DNA from: a virus
Lineage: Duplodnaviria > Caudoviricetes
Length of the DNA: 28,714 bases
Reading direction: 5' to 3' (one strand)
Virus record (IMG/VR): IMGVR_UViG_3300043442_000682
Coordinates: 1-28,714 of that record
Shown piece by piece: positions 6,042 to 14,924 of the stretch. Numbering within the stretch: the stretch's first letter is position 1; each line of letters starts with the position of its first letter. Made by a program: the position numbers and the translations under genes. A model generated the notes under the pieces. It was not told the origin of the DNA. It saw only the letters and a program-made list of their open reading frames with translations, and did no database searches.

Positions 6042-7907
6042 TCATCCCATGGACGCTCCCCAGGTTTCCCCTATTTCAACATCGACAACGGACGGTACTT
6101 CAAGCTCAACGGCTGTTGCCATGATGTGAGCCGCCTCTTCTGCCTCCTCGCGCTTAGTAACCGACAGCGCCAGCTCATCGTGTACCGAAAGTAATAAGTT
6201 AAACCCCGCTTTATGTAACTCGATCATGGCTTTTTTGGTTTGATCAGCGGCGGACCCCTGAATCAATCGATTCAATCCTTTATAAGTCATCGCACGCTTG
6301 ATGCGTGGGCCGTACTTGGCAGCTGCCTCTTCATAAGGGAGTGCCTTGTGAACGCCCCATTCGGTGGGTTCCCATAGGAGGAAGCGGCATTTTCTGCCAA
6401 GCAAGGTGCGGATAGCGCCACCTGAAGCACGGTTCTCGATCCGACGCATCACGGCGTCCACCGTGCCGCGCAGGAAGGGTACGTTTTGGTGGAAGTTGCG
6501 GATGAGATCTTCTGCTTCATCAAGAGGCAGATCGAGACTATTAGCAAGCTTTTGTTTTCCTAGGCCGTACATCAACGCCAGCCCGATAATTTTTGCAGCT
6601 TTGCGTTTAATGTTGGCCATATCCGCAACCATCTGATGGAAGTCAGTGCGGGGGTTGGCGTGGTATGTGGAGACCATGCTGTCTGCGCCAGGAAGACCAA
6701 GCAGGCTTGCATAATGAACAAGCAGACGCGGTTCTTGAGACGAGAAGTCATTCGCTGCCCAAAGTTGACCTTCCTCAGGAAGAAAAAGACCTCTAATCAG
6801 AGGTCCCAACACCTCATGCCTTGCGCTTACTTGTTGAAGATTTGGGTTGGCCATAGAAAGCCTGCCGGTGACTGTACCGCCATCATCAGAGCGCATCTGG
6901 TTGATATGCGGGTGGATACGACCGTCGTGAGCGGAGAAGTCCAAGTAAGGTTGGAGGAACGTGCCGTGGGTCTTGTTCAGCTCGCGTGCTTCGATGATTT
7001 GCTTGCAGATCGGATGCTCGTGCGATTCAAGGAATGACTTTGTAAAGCTTGGCAGACCGTTCGTGGTCCGTGGGTATTGAATCCCTAGCTTGTCAAAGCC
7101 TGTGGCGATGCTGGCTGCGGCCCAGATGTCCACAGGCGATCCACAGGTTTTGCGTATGTCTTTGATCAGGGTTTGCTCGCGCTCGCGCATCTGATCGATG
7201 AGCTGCTGCGCTTTGTCGCGATTAAAGCGAATGCCACGGCGTGTGATGTTGACCAGCACCGGGAGTAGGTCGGACTCAAGCTCGAAGATCGATTCGACTT
7301 CTTCGTTGCGCAGGATAGTCTTGAAGTGCTGCCAAAGCTTGAGCGTGAGCGCTGCATCTTGTTCGGCATACTCGCCAACATACATGGCGGGCAACTTCCA
7401 GAGTTCCTTCTTGGCGTGGACGTTAAAGTCTTGTGCGGCCTCCTTCAGCCCCTGCTCTGATTTGACCTCTTTGAGATAATCGAAACCGAGGGCGTTGAGG
7501 GCGTAACTGAATCGGTTTTCATCGATGCAAGCAGCAGCGACCATGGTGTCAATGATTCGACCCCGCACATTAAATCCAGAGGCGAAAAGCCATCCAAGGT
7601 CATAGGCTGCGTTGTGCATGATCTTGGGGGATGGAAGCTCAAGCACACGTCGAATGAATCGCTCAACGATCCCACGGTCAAGGTTACCTCCACCCTCATG
7701 AGCAACTGGGAAATAGCCTCGCCATCCTTCAACAGCAATGGCGTAACCGACAACATAGCCGTCGTTTCTTGGCCATCCTGGTCCAAACCGTTCCAGGTTT
7801 GGGTCACATGTTTCCAGATCAATTGCAATCTCCTTGGCATCTGACAGATCGGGAAAGGAGGCAGGCGGAACCCATTCTGAGGTCCGTGGGAAAAGAGGCA
7901 AGGTCAC
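6042..7907 (-). CDS. polA: family A DNA polymerase with 3'-5' exonuclease domain (Leu762 type)
   Basis: Exo motifs IDLET, HNAAYD, YAEQD; TGRLS..NPNLQQ; motif A DFSSQEPR; motif B RKAAKIIGLALMYG; IQGSAAD; motif C VHDEL. Confidence 0.97.
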   Translation of the reverse strand: MTLPLFPRTSEWVPPASFPDLSDAKEIAIDLETCDPNLERFGPGWPRNDGYVVGYAIAVEGWRGYFPVAHEGGGNLDRGIVERFIRRVLELPSPKIMHNAAYDLGWLFASGFNVRGRIIDTMVAAACIDENRFSYALNALGFDYLKEVKSEQGLKEAAQDFNVHAKKELWKLPAMYVGEYAEQDAALTLKLWQHFKTILRNEEVESIFELESDLLPVLVNITRRGIRFNRDKAQQLIDQMREREQTLIKDIRKTCGSPVDIWAAASIATGFDKLGIQYPRTTNGLPSFTKSFLESHEHPICKQIIEARELNKTHGTFLQPYLDFSAHDGRIHPHINQMRSDDGGTVTGRLSMANPNLQQVSARHEVLGPLIRGLFLPEEGQLWAANDFSSQEPRLLVHYASLLGLPGADSMVSTYHANPRTDFHQMVADMANIKRKAAKIIGLALMYGLGKQKLANSLDLPLDEAEDLIRNFHQNVPFLRGTVDAVMRRIENRASGGAIRTLLGRKCRFLLWEPTEWGVHKALPYEEAAAKYGPRIKRAMTYKGLNRLIQGSAADQTKKAMIELHKAGFNLLLSVHDELALSVTKREEAEEAAHIMATAVELEVPSVVDVEIGETWGASMG

Positions 7908-9445
7908 AGTCGGAATCCCTTATAGCTGTTGCTTGGCAGCACCAAGTGCAGTGCTTTGCGTGTACGCGTGACGCCGACATAAAAAAGCCTATTGATATCG
8001 TCGGGGTTTGTTTCATACGACTTGGCGAATTTTGTTGATAGATCCATGAAAAGTAGAACGTTATCAGCTTCTCCGCCTTTTGCGCCATGGATCGTGGATA
8101 ATTTTATCTTCGGCATCGTATTAAGTTTTACGCCACGGCGCAATAACGCAATGATGTACTCCCGTTGCTCAAGACTGATCTTGGTCAGCACCTCATGCCA
8201 AATACCAACCGTCATCAAGCCCCATTTGTCATGCAGCAGTTGTAGGTTATAGAACTGATCTTCTGGCGCGTTGGTGAGCTTCTTGAACCCCTTGACAATG
8301 AGTCCTGAGTCAAGATAAGCGTAGATCGTTTGCACCGTCGATAGCGGCACTTCACCGCCCTTGCGTAGCATCTCCCAGCCGTAGACAGCGGTGAGCACCT
8401 TCTCGCTAATGCTCCGGTGGCCGTGGCGCTCGAACAAGAGTCCTTGGCTCTTGAGCCAATTGGGCATCTCATCCAGCATGTAGTTGGCTGCGGCCATCAC
8501 GAGCCACTCGCCTTGGGACATATCGACGTATGAGAAATGGTTATAAGTTTGGATGCTGCCTTCTTCTTCCCTCGATGACCATTCCTTTGGTTGGCGTTTA
8601 GTGATGCTCTTTACCACGCGCTCAGCCAGTGCGTGGACCGTGGCAGGGATGCGATAGGATTTGTCCAATACCTTAACTTCGCCTGGATAAGTTAAGAACG
8701 AATCCACATCTGCGCCTGCCCAGTTATAGATCGCTTGATCATCGTCGCCTGCCAAGAAGACACGGTCCGAGCGCTTAGCGAGATCCTTAACCAGCATCCA
8801 TTGCAAGCGGGATAAGTCCTGCGACTCATCGATGATAAGCGCATCAAGCCTTGGCAAAAGATGAGGTTGCTCAACGATCATCTCTAAGAGATCGGTGAAG
8901 TCCAAGAGCCCTTGTTCTGTTTTGTAATGCCGATAAGCACGCTCCACGTACTCGAAGTGAAACCATTCGATCTGGAGATTAGACTGGTTGTAGTGGGTCT
9001 TTAGATCAAGGCCCTTGATGCGTGCAAGGTTGATCTCGTTAAGGATGGCGTTATCCGCGCGTGAGATAAACCCTTCGCCTTCTGTTTCAGTTTTGATCTC
9101 TAAACCACAGGTTTTTCCGAACTCCCGGTAGTGTTCATCTTGCATCATCTCCTTGGCGCTCGTTCCCAGGCACCGGAACGCTAGGCTGTGCAGCGTTCTG
9201 AACCAGGGAAAGTCGGTGGTTGGGTTGAGGTGCGGGAACTTTGCTATGGCTCGGTCCCGTGCCTCGTTGGCTGCCTTTCTTGTAAACGCGAAGTACCCGA
9301 TCTTGTTCGACGGGGTATCGTTCGCTAGCTCTGTCTGGACCACGTTCAGCAGGTACGTTGTTTTGCCCGTACCCAGTTACGGGGGGCCGAAGACTTTCTG
9401 CGTCTTCAGCCCCAGCTCCTTCTTTAGTAGCGGTTCATAAGTCAA
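7904..9445 (-). CDS. UvrD/Rep-type SF1 helicase; Walker A interrupted by an in-frame TAA at 9377-9379
   Basis: Motifs AFTRKAA, TLHS, IIDESQD, AGDDDQAIY, SYR, STIHGAKGGE, RLFYVGVTR. The same frame upstream of the ORF-track start (9343) reads TTG(9445)-TYEPLLKKELGLKTQKVFGPP*LGTGKTTYLLNV, and the TTG overlaps the primase stop (TTGA). Confidence 0.9.
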
Positions 9446-10971
9446 AACGGGCTCCCTTTTTTCATGGTGGGCGTTTCAAAGGGCGCTTCTTGTTTCGGGA
9501 AGCACGGTATGCGCCACACGCGTGTGGTGCGGCCTTTGAGGAACAAGGGTAGTGGCTCACCGCCCATGTCACGCAACCGCTGCGCCATCTTAGGAGCGCT
9601 TAAGCCTTTAAAATTATTGCGGTTCAAGTGGTCTTCGAGGTCTTTGATGCGGAAGTAAACGCGCTGTTCTTCCTCATCCACCCAAGGCCTGCCCATGAGG
9701 ATTTCATCACGGTCCATGGCCTGTTGAATGTGGGTCGTAAACTCTTCAACAAGCGCCGTGAAGCGTCCCGTTACGGTTGTGTCCTCAGAAGCCTCTTGGA
9801 TCTGTTCGAGTTCGACCATCTCGCGCAAGAGACTGTTGAGTACCTGTTCCCAATCCTGCTTGCGTAGTGTTGGCGGTAAAAGATTGACCTTTTCCATGCA
9901 TGACTTTTGAAACGCCGCTTGGTTATGGAGACTCTCCGTGTCAAGTTCGACCCGCCTTCCGTTGATATCCAGGAACCATAATGGAGGCTCACTGTTGTAC
10001 TTGGAGAGGGCAGACATTTGAGGAGAATCAGGGCCATCGGCACCAACGCCAAACTTGCGAGTACGACAAAGACCAGCATTACAAAATGAATTAATCGGCG
10101 CATCTTTACACTTGTACTTGTAATCTTTTTTTGTCAGTTGCTTGACGATCACCTGAAGCTCGCTCAATCCCAACGGTGGTCCAAAGTACTTTTGATTGTG
10201 CTCAGCAAGCTTGTCTTCCCAGTTGGTGGCCCCGGTTCGTTTCAGGTAGATGCCAACGTTGAATAGACCATTATTCCTTGTGCCTTCAGGAAAGCCTTGA
10301 TTGCATAGCGTCTGAAGACAAGGCGGTCCATCCTTGATCGGCTGCTCAGGCTTTGACGGTGTCTCGGGAGGCGTGAGCGGTGCAGCTTGCACCGCGTCGT
10401 CATACAAACGATAAAACTCTTCAAGCGTCGCGGCGTTTCCATCAGGTTTAATTGCATAACGAAGGGTCTCATCGCCGCCGAAATAAGGCAGGTTTAAGAA
10501 ATTGCCCGTGTCGCCACGGTCAACAAGAATTTCGCTTTGCTTAGGAAAAATCTCCCTGCCCGATTCACCAAGGATGGCGGCACATGCAGTGAGATAAGCT
10601 CGCATGTCAGCAGCGGGGATGGGTTCCTTCGTGAAACAGAAAACATGAGCGCCGCCTGACTTGCTGCGACACACAACCAGTGGAAGCTTCAACGTCTGTA
10701 TGCGTTCCACAAGTCCTTTATGATCGAGGGGATACTGATCAATATCAATGCAACCCCATATACAAGAATTATCAGCGCGGATAGGAATAATGCCAAGAGA
10801 AGGCTCAACGCCTTGAATGTGTTTAACCCACAGCTCTTTAACCGGGGGCTGTCTAACCACCACGGCTTTTCCGGCTTGTTTTCCATCCCCTCGCGCCTTC
10901 TCAATCTTATAGGTGCCATAGGCAATGTCGAGTCCCTCGAAGATTGCCATGAAACGTGCGATGTCTGTCAT
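9442..10971 (-). CDS. archaeo-eukaryotic primase (AEP) superfamily primase-polymerase with PriCT-like domain
   Basis: CIDID (motif I), RSKSGGAHVF (motif II), GNFLNLPY; EGTRNNGLF PriCT-like segment; replication operon context. Confidence 0.85.
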   Translation of the reverse strand: MTDIARFMAIFEGLDIAYGTYKIEKARGDGKQAGKAVVVRQPPVKELWVKHIQGVEPSLGIIPIRADNSCIWGCIDIDQYPLDHKGLVERIQTLKLPLVVCRSKSGGAHVFCFTKEPIPAADMRAYLTACAAILGESGREIFPKQSEILVDRGDTGNFLNLPYFGGDETLRYAIKPDGNAATLEEFYRLYDDAVQAAPLTPPETPSKPEQPIKDGPPCLQTLCNQGFPEGTRNNGLFNVGIYLKRTGATNWEDKLAEHNQKYFGPPLGLSELQVIVKQLTKKDYKYKCKDAPINSFCNAGLCRTRKFGVGADGPDSPQMSALSKYNSEPPLWFLDINGRRVELDTESLHNQAAFQKSCMEKVNLLPPTLRKQDWEQVLNSLLREMVELEQIQEASEDTTVTGRFTALVEEFTTHIQQAMDRDEILMGRPWVDEEEQRVYFRIKDLEDHLNRNNFKGLSAPKMAQRLRDMGGEPLPLFLKGRTTRVWRIPCFPKQEAPFETPTMKKGSPF

Positions 10972-10988
10972 TTCTGCTTTCTCAGAAT

Positions 10989-11015
10989 GGGGTACTTACC
11001 GCTGGGCTTTCCCCC
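10989..11015 (-). other. candidate small RNA stem-loop with a bulged-G/loop-E-like internal loop
   Basis: Minus strand GGGG-GAA-A-GCC-CAGC-GGU-A-AGUA-CCCC in the SSB-primase intergenic gap. Confidence 0.35.
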
Positions 11016-11021
11016 GGCGCA

Positions 11022-11810
11022 TCAGAAGGGGATCTTACCGTCAATCGAGTCACCAAGCTCTGACTCGTGTTTGACCTTTACTTCCCCACGGTTCACGGAT
11101 TCTGCAAATTGCTTTGCAGTTGTGTAAACCGAGGCAATTTGTTCAGAAGGGATAGAGCCAATACGCTCGATCTCCCACCCGTACCACTTGCCTTTGTCAT
11201 TGCTCTCCTGCACGGTTGTCAGCCGATACATCTGACTGTATATCGGAGGTGTATACGGGCCGTTCTTGCCCATTAACTTGACCGACATCATCATGGAGTT
11301 CCACTTCCTGGATTTCTTCAGTTGCGTGGACTTCATCACAATAAGTGCAGGAGTCGGGATGCCATCATCGCCCACCACCATTACGTAGTGATTGGCCGTA
11401 AGCTCGATGTAGTTCCCATTGTCCAAATAGTCCTTGTTGTCCCCAGACACGCGGTGGGTACGACTCAGAATATCGGACGTTGCCGGATAGATCTGCACAG
11501 GTGCGCCCGACGAACCGCTGCCACGCGGTGCCCACTCAATGTACTGCCGTACGTAGGCGGTCGGAACGACAACCAAGCCCTTCTTGCCATCGAAGAGTTC
11601 CTTGGTTACTGTGTTAAAGATCATTCCAGGCATGGCACCTTCGACAACACCGATTTCATCGGAGTTGTTGGTCAGTGCCTTCAGAAAAGGAAGCGCAAAG
11701 TCATCCTTATCCATTTGCTCAAGACCTGCATTTGCATCCGCCTCAAACGTCTCGACGATCACAACTGCGGTTGTCGTGGGCTTTACTTCTGCGATTTCGC
11801 CTTTTGCCAT
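11022..11810 (-). CDS. putative single-stranded DNA-binding/annealing protein
   Basis: Replication-operon position, aromatic-rich beta segments (NDKGKWYGW), and an acidic-leaning tail ending IPF like bacterial SSB C-termini. Confidence 0.55.
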   Translation of the reverse strand: MAKGEIAEVKPTTTAVVIVETFEADANAGLEQMDKDDFALPFLKALTNNSDEIGVVEGAMPGMIFNTVTKELFDGKKGLVVVPTAYVRQYIEWAPRGSGSSGAPVQIYPATSDILSRTHRVSGDNKDYLDNGNYIELTANHYVMVVGDDGIPTPALIVMKSTQLKKSRKWNSMMMSVKLMGKNGPYTPPIYSQMYRLTTVQESNDKGKWYGWEIERIGSIPSEQIASVYTTAKQFAESVNRGEVKVKHESELGDSIDGKIPF

Positions 11811-11833
11811 GATTCATGTTCCTTGGTTCGTGA

Positions 11834-12382
11834 TTAAGTTGACTTGATGCTTGCTTTGTTGCCGATGTACACGCCGAATAATTCGGTCGGTACTTCACGC
11901 CCCATGGTAAGCATCTCTTTGACCCAGGCCTTCAAGGTCTGGGGTTCTATCTTCTCGTTCTGCTCAGCCGGAAAGCCTTGCGTAGCGAGGAGACTCAGTA
12001 AACGAGCACAAAGCTCGTCTTCGCGACGGCCAAACCGCACCGTCACCGTGTTCTTGATGATGTCGTCGTAGCCATGCTCACGCAGCCATGCGTAGGCTTC
12101 TGCCTGCCGCGCCTTGCTGATCGTTGCGCTGTAAAACTGCTTCACATCGATCTTGCTGCCATCATCCATGGTGAAGGACTTAAGGCCTAACTCAGAAAAC
12201 GCCTCGGGCAGTGTTTCTTCCGTCAGTTTTCTATAGTTGTCTTGTTTTTCCGAGAGCGATGACTCAAGGTCCTCGATCTCTTTTTCCAAGACTTTGGCAC
12301 GCTTGGCGAGTTGGGCAATACCAGCAAGCTTGTCATCAGCAACCTGAAGCGCGCCTGCATCTTGTTCAAACATATCACTCAT
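11834..12382 (-). CDS. conserved-looking phage replication-module protein with N-terminal coiled coil
   Basis: Start moved to MSDMFEQ at 12382 (AGAAAGGAGA RBS); AYAWLREHGYDDIIK and IEPQTLKAWVKE segments. Confidence 0.75.
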   Translation of the reverse strand: MSDMFEQDAGALQVADDKLAGIAQLAKRAKVLEKEIEDLESSLSEKQDNYRKLTEETLPEAFSELGLKSFTMDDGSKIDVKQFYSATISKARQAEAYAWLREHGYDDIIKNTVTVRFGRREDELCARLLSLLATQGFPAEQNEKIEPQTLKAWVKEMLTMGREVPTELFGVYIGNKASIKST

Positions 12383-12707
12383 ACATTTCTCCTTTCTGTG
12401 GAAACAAATCAACCTGAATCGGTATGTACCGACGCTCAAGCTTATCCCATTTCAAGCACTTGTACCTGCCGTGGTTTCGGCTTGCTGCTACGGCGCTCAC
12501 AATGCTAATCGCCGTAGGATCCCCGATGAATAAGAGGTAGTCATCATCGGTGAATTTTTCCAACCTACGTTGAACCCTCGCTACAGTGGGGGCCACTGAA
12601 AACGAAACTTGCACGTTGTTGGGCAAGAGCACTTCGATTTCACCGAAGTCTAATGCGGAAGATATATTGTGTTGACCGGTCTCGGTCACAGCGTAGACTT
12701 TTGGCAA
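12375..12707 (-). CDS. hypothetical protein, first gene of the leftward operon
   Basis: 110 aa, TTG start with AGAAAGGAGA RBS. Confidence 0.75.
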   Translation of the reverse strand: MPKVYAVTETGQHNISSALDFGEIEVLLPNNVQVSFSVAPTVARVQRRLEKFTDDDYLLFIGDPTAISIVSAVAASRNHGRYKCLKWDKLERRYIPIQVDLFPQKGEMYE

Positions 12708-12786
12708 CGTCTTTCTCCTTTCTCAGAACGTTCAGGCAGTGTACACTGCGGTTTCGGGCAATGCAAGTCCGTTAGAAAGGAGAGTT
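12708..12786. promoter_or_regulatory. divergent promoter region with a 14-bp perfect palindrome
   Basis: Leftward TTGCAT(12766-12761)-N17-TACACT(12743-12738). Palindrome GCAGTGTACACTGC at 12736-12749. Inverted RBS copies at 12714-12723 and 12774-12783. Confidence 0.7.
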
Positions 12787-14241
12787 ATGGAAGAGCAATA
12801 CCTCGCGAATTACCCTTACCGCAACAAGCCCTACGCGCACCAAAAAGCATACCTTGAACGCTTTTGGCGCAAGCCCTTAGCGGCATTGTTTGCCGACATG
12901 GGAACCGGCAAAAGTTATATGTTAATCAATAACTTAGCAATGCTTTATGACAACGGTGAAGTTAACGCTGCGGTGATTGTTGCGCCCAAAGGTGTGTATA
13001 GAAACTGGATCGATATAGAGATCCCTAAGCACATGCCAAGGCACGTAATCTACCGTGCAGCGCTGTGGACGCCTTCTCCACGCAAGGCTGAAAAAGCTGC
13101 ACTCGACGCTATTTTTGATGTCACCGAAGACTTGAAGATTTTGGTTATGAACGTTGAAGCGTTTTCAACTGAAAAAGGCAAACTGTTTGCACAGCGCTTT
13201 GTGCTGTCGCATACGGTGATGATGGCGGTCGATGAAAGCACAACCATTAAAACGCATACCGCTGCACGGACCAGGAATATTTCTAAGGTTGGCAGGCTTG
13301 CTCGATTCAGGCGGATCATGACGGGTTCGCCTGTGACAAAGACGCCGATGGACCTTTTTTCGCAGTGCAACTTCTTGTCCTCCGACTGCCTGGGCACGGA
13401 TAGTTTTTATGCGTTCCAATCCCGCTTTGCCGTGGTGATCGAGCGTCGTCTTGCTTCACATTCGTTCAAGCAAGTCGTAGGTTTTCAACGCCTTGATGAG
13501 CTGCAAAAGCTGGTAAGCCGATTCAGCTTCCGAGTTACTAAAGAAGAGTGTTTGGATTTACCTGAGAAGGTTTTTGTGCGCCGCGACGTAGAACTCACCG
13601 ATGAACAGCAGGTAGCGTACAACCAAATGAAGGCCATGGCGCTTGCACAGTTTTCCACGGGCACGGTGTCCACGGTCAATGCGCTCACGCAACTGATGCG
13701 CTTGCATCAAATCGTGTGCGGTTTTGTGAAGCTTGATGATGGACAGATTCAGGAGTTGCCTAACAATCGCATCCAAGAATTGCTTAATACGATTGAAGAG
13801 ACATCTGGCAAGGTCATCATCTGGGCAACCTACCGGCATGACATCGAAGCAATCCATCTTGCACTGCAAAAAACCTATGGCATGGACTCTGTGGGCGTGT
13901 ACTACGGCGACACCAAGCTCGATGAACGCCAGCGCGTGATTGAAAAGTTCCAAGATCCGGGGTCCATGATGCGTTTTTTCGTAGGCAATCCTCAGACGGG
14001 AGGCTATGGAATCACGCTCACAGCGGCCAGTGACGTAATTTATTACAGCAACAGTTTTGATCTAGAAAAGCGATTACAGTCCGAGGACCGTGCTCACCGG
14101 ATCGGGCAAACTAACAGGGTGACCTATATTGACCTGATTGCACCCAAAACGGTGGATGAAAAGATCGTCAAGGCCTTGCGCGATAAGATCGACATTGCCA
14201 CGAAAGTTCTTGGTGAGGAGATTAAGCAATGGTTGATCTGA
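12787..14241 (+). CDS. SNF2-family (SF2) helicase
   Basis: FADMGTGKS (Walker A), AVDEST (Walker B), MTGSP, GGYGITLT, QSEDRAHRIGQ. Start moved to ATG 12787 (AGAAAGGAGAG RBS). Confidence 0.95.
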   Translation: MEEQYLANYPYRNKPYAHQKAYLERFWRKPLAALFADMGTGKSYMLINNLAMLYDNGEVNAAVIVAPKGVYRNWIDIEIPKHMPRHVIYRAALWTPSPRKAEKAALDAIFDVTEDLKILVMNVEAFSTEKGKLFAQRFVLSHTVMMAVDESTTIKTHTAARTRNISKVGRLARFRRIMTGSPVTKTPMDLFSQCNFLSSDCLGTDSFYAFQSRFAVVIERRLASHSFKQVVGFQRLDELQKLVSRFSFRVTKEECLDLPEKVFVRRDVELTDEQQVAYNQMKAMALAQFSTGTVSTVNALTQLMRLHQIVCGFVKLDDGQIQELPNNRIQELLNTIEETSGKVIIWATYRHDIEAIHLALQKTYGMDSVGVYYGDTKLDERQRVIEKFQDPGSMMRFFVGNPQTGGYGITLTAASDVIYYSNSFDLEKRLQSEDRAHRIGQTNRVTYIDLIAPKTVDEKIVKALRDKIDIATKVLGEEIKQWLI

Positions 14242-14924
14242 TTCCGCTTCGCCCGCTGTACAAGTACGAAATTCTTGCTCGGCAAGATGGCTCCGAGGGG
14301 CGCACTTATGGCGATCAAAAGTTGCCTAGCGTCACAAGCATCTTGGATGCGACCAAAGACAAGGCCAAGCTTGAGGAGTGGAAGCAGCGCGTTGGGGAGG
14401 AGGAAGCGGAGCGGATCAAGAACACCGCTGCCACGATCGGCACGCACATGCACAGTGTGATCGAGCGCATGGTGGCGTTTCGTGATTTAGGTCGGCCCAC
14501 GAACTGGGAGATGATCAAAGGCTATGAGATGGGGTACCGCCTGATCAACGAGCAATTCAGAGATATCAACGAAATCTGGGGCTCGGAAGTCACGCTGTTC
14601 ATCCCAAATCGTTATGCAGGGACCACGGACATGGTTGGGGTGTACAAGGGCAAGTCAGCAATCATTGACTTCAAGCAATCCAATAAGCCGAAGCGTCATG
14701 AATGGATCACGGATTATTTCCACCAACTCGCTGCCTATGCGCTTGCGCATGACTATCAGTTTGGCACGGAGATCGAGATGGGTGTGGTGATGATGGCCAT
14801 GCAATCCGGTGGTACGCAGGTCTTTACGACCACCGGACGGGAGTTCAACGAGTATAAGACCGGCTGGCTTGAGCGCGTGGAGAACTACTACCGCAACACG
14901 GGATCAAACGGGAAGAGCCTCTGA
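14229..14924 (+). CDS. PD-(D/E)XK nuclease (RecB/Cas4/MGME1-like exonuclease)
   Basis: PSVTSIL, GTHMH, YAGTTD, IIDFKQS and QLAAYALA motifs. Confidence 0.9.
   Translation: MVDLIPLRPLYKYEILARQDGSEGRTYGDQKLPSVTSILDATKDKAKLEEWKQRVGEEEAERIKNTAATIGTHMHSVIERMVAFRDLGRPTNWEMIKGYEMGYRLINEQFRDINEIWGSEVTLFIPNRYAGTTDMVGVYKGKSAIIDFKQSNKPKRHEWITDYFHQLAAYALAHDYQFGTEIEMGVVMMAMQSGGTQVFTTTGREFNEYKTGWLERVENYYRNTGSNGKSL

Noticed and set aside
9377-9379. Genome-wide TAA stop-codon reassignment
   Set aside because: TAA ends several well-formed genes (e.g. 990..1211, 11834..12382, 20222..22555), and other long genes are uninterrupted under code 11.
9374-9379. Self-splicing intron or intein in the helicase
   Set aside because: Only 6 nt are inserted, leaving no room for a ribozyme core or intein.
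14229-14924. Cas4 as part of a CRISPR system
   Set aside because: No four-Cys Fe-S motif and no cas neighbours; an ordinary phage PD-(D/E)XK exonuclease fits better.
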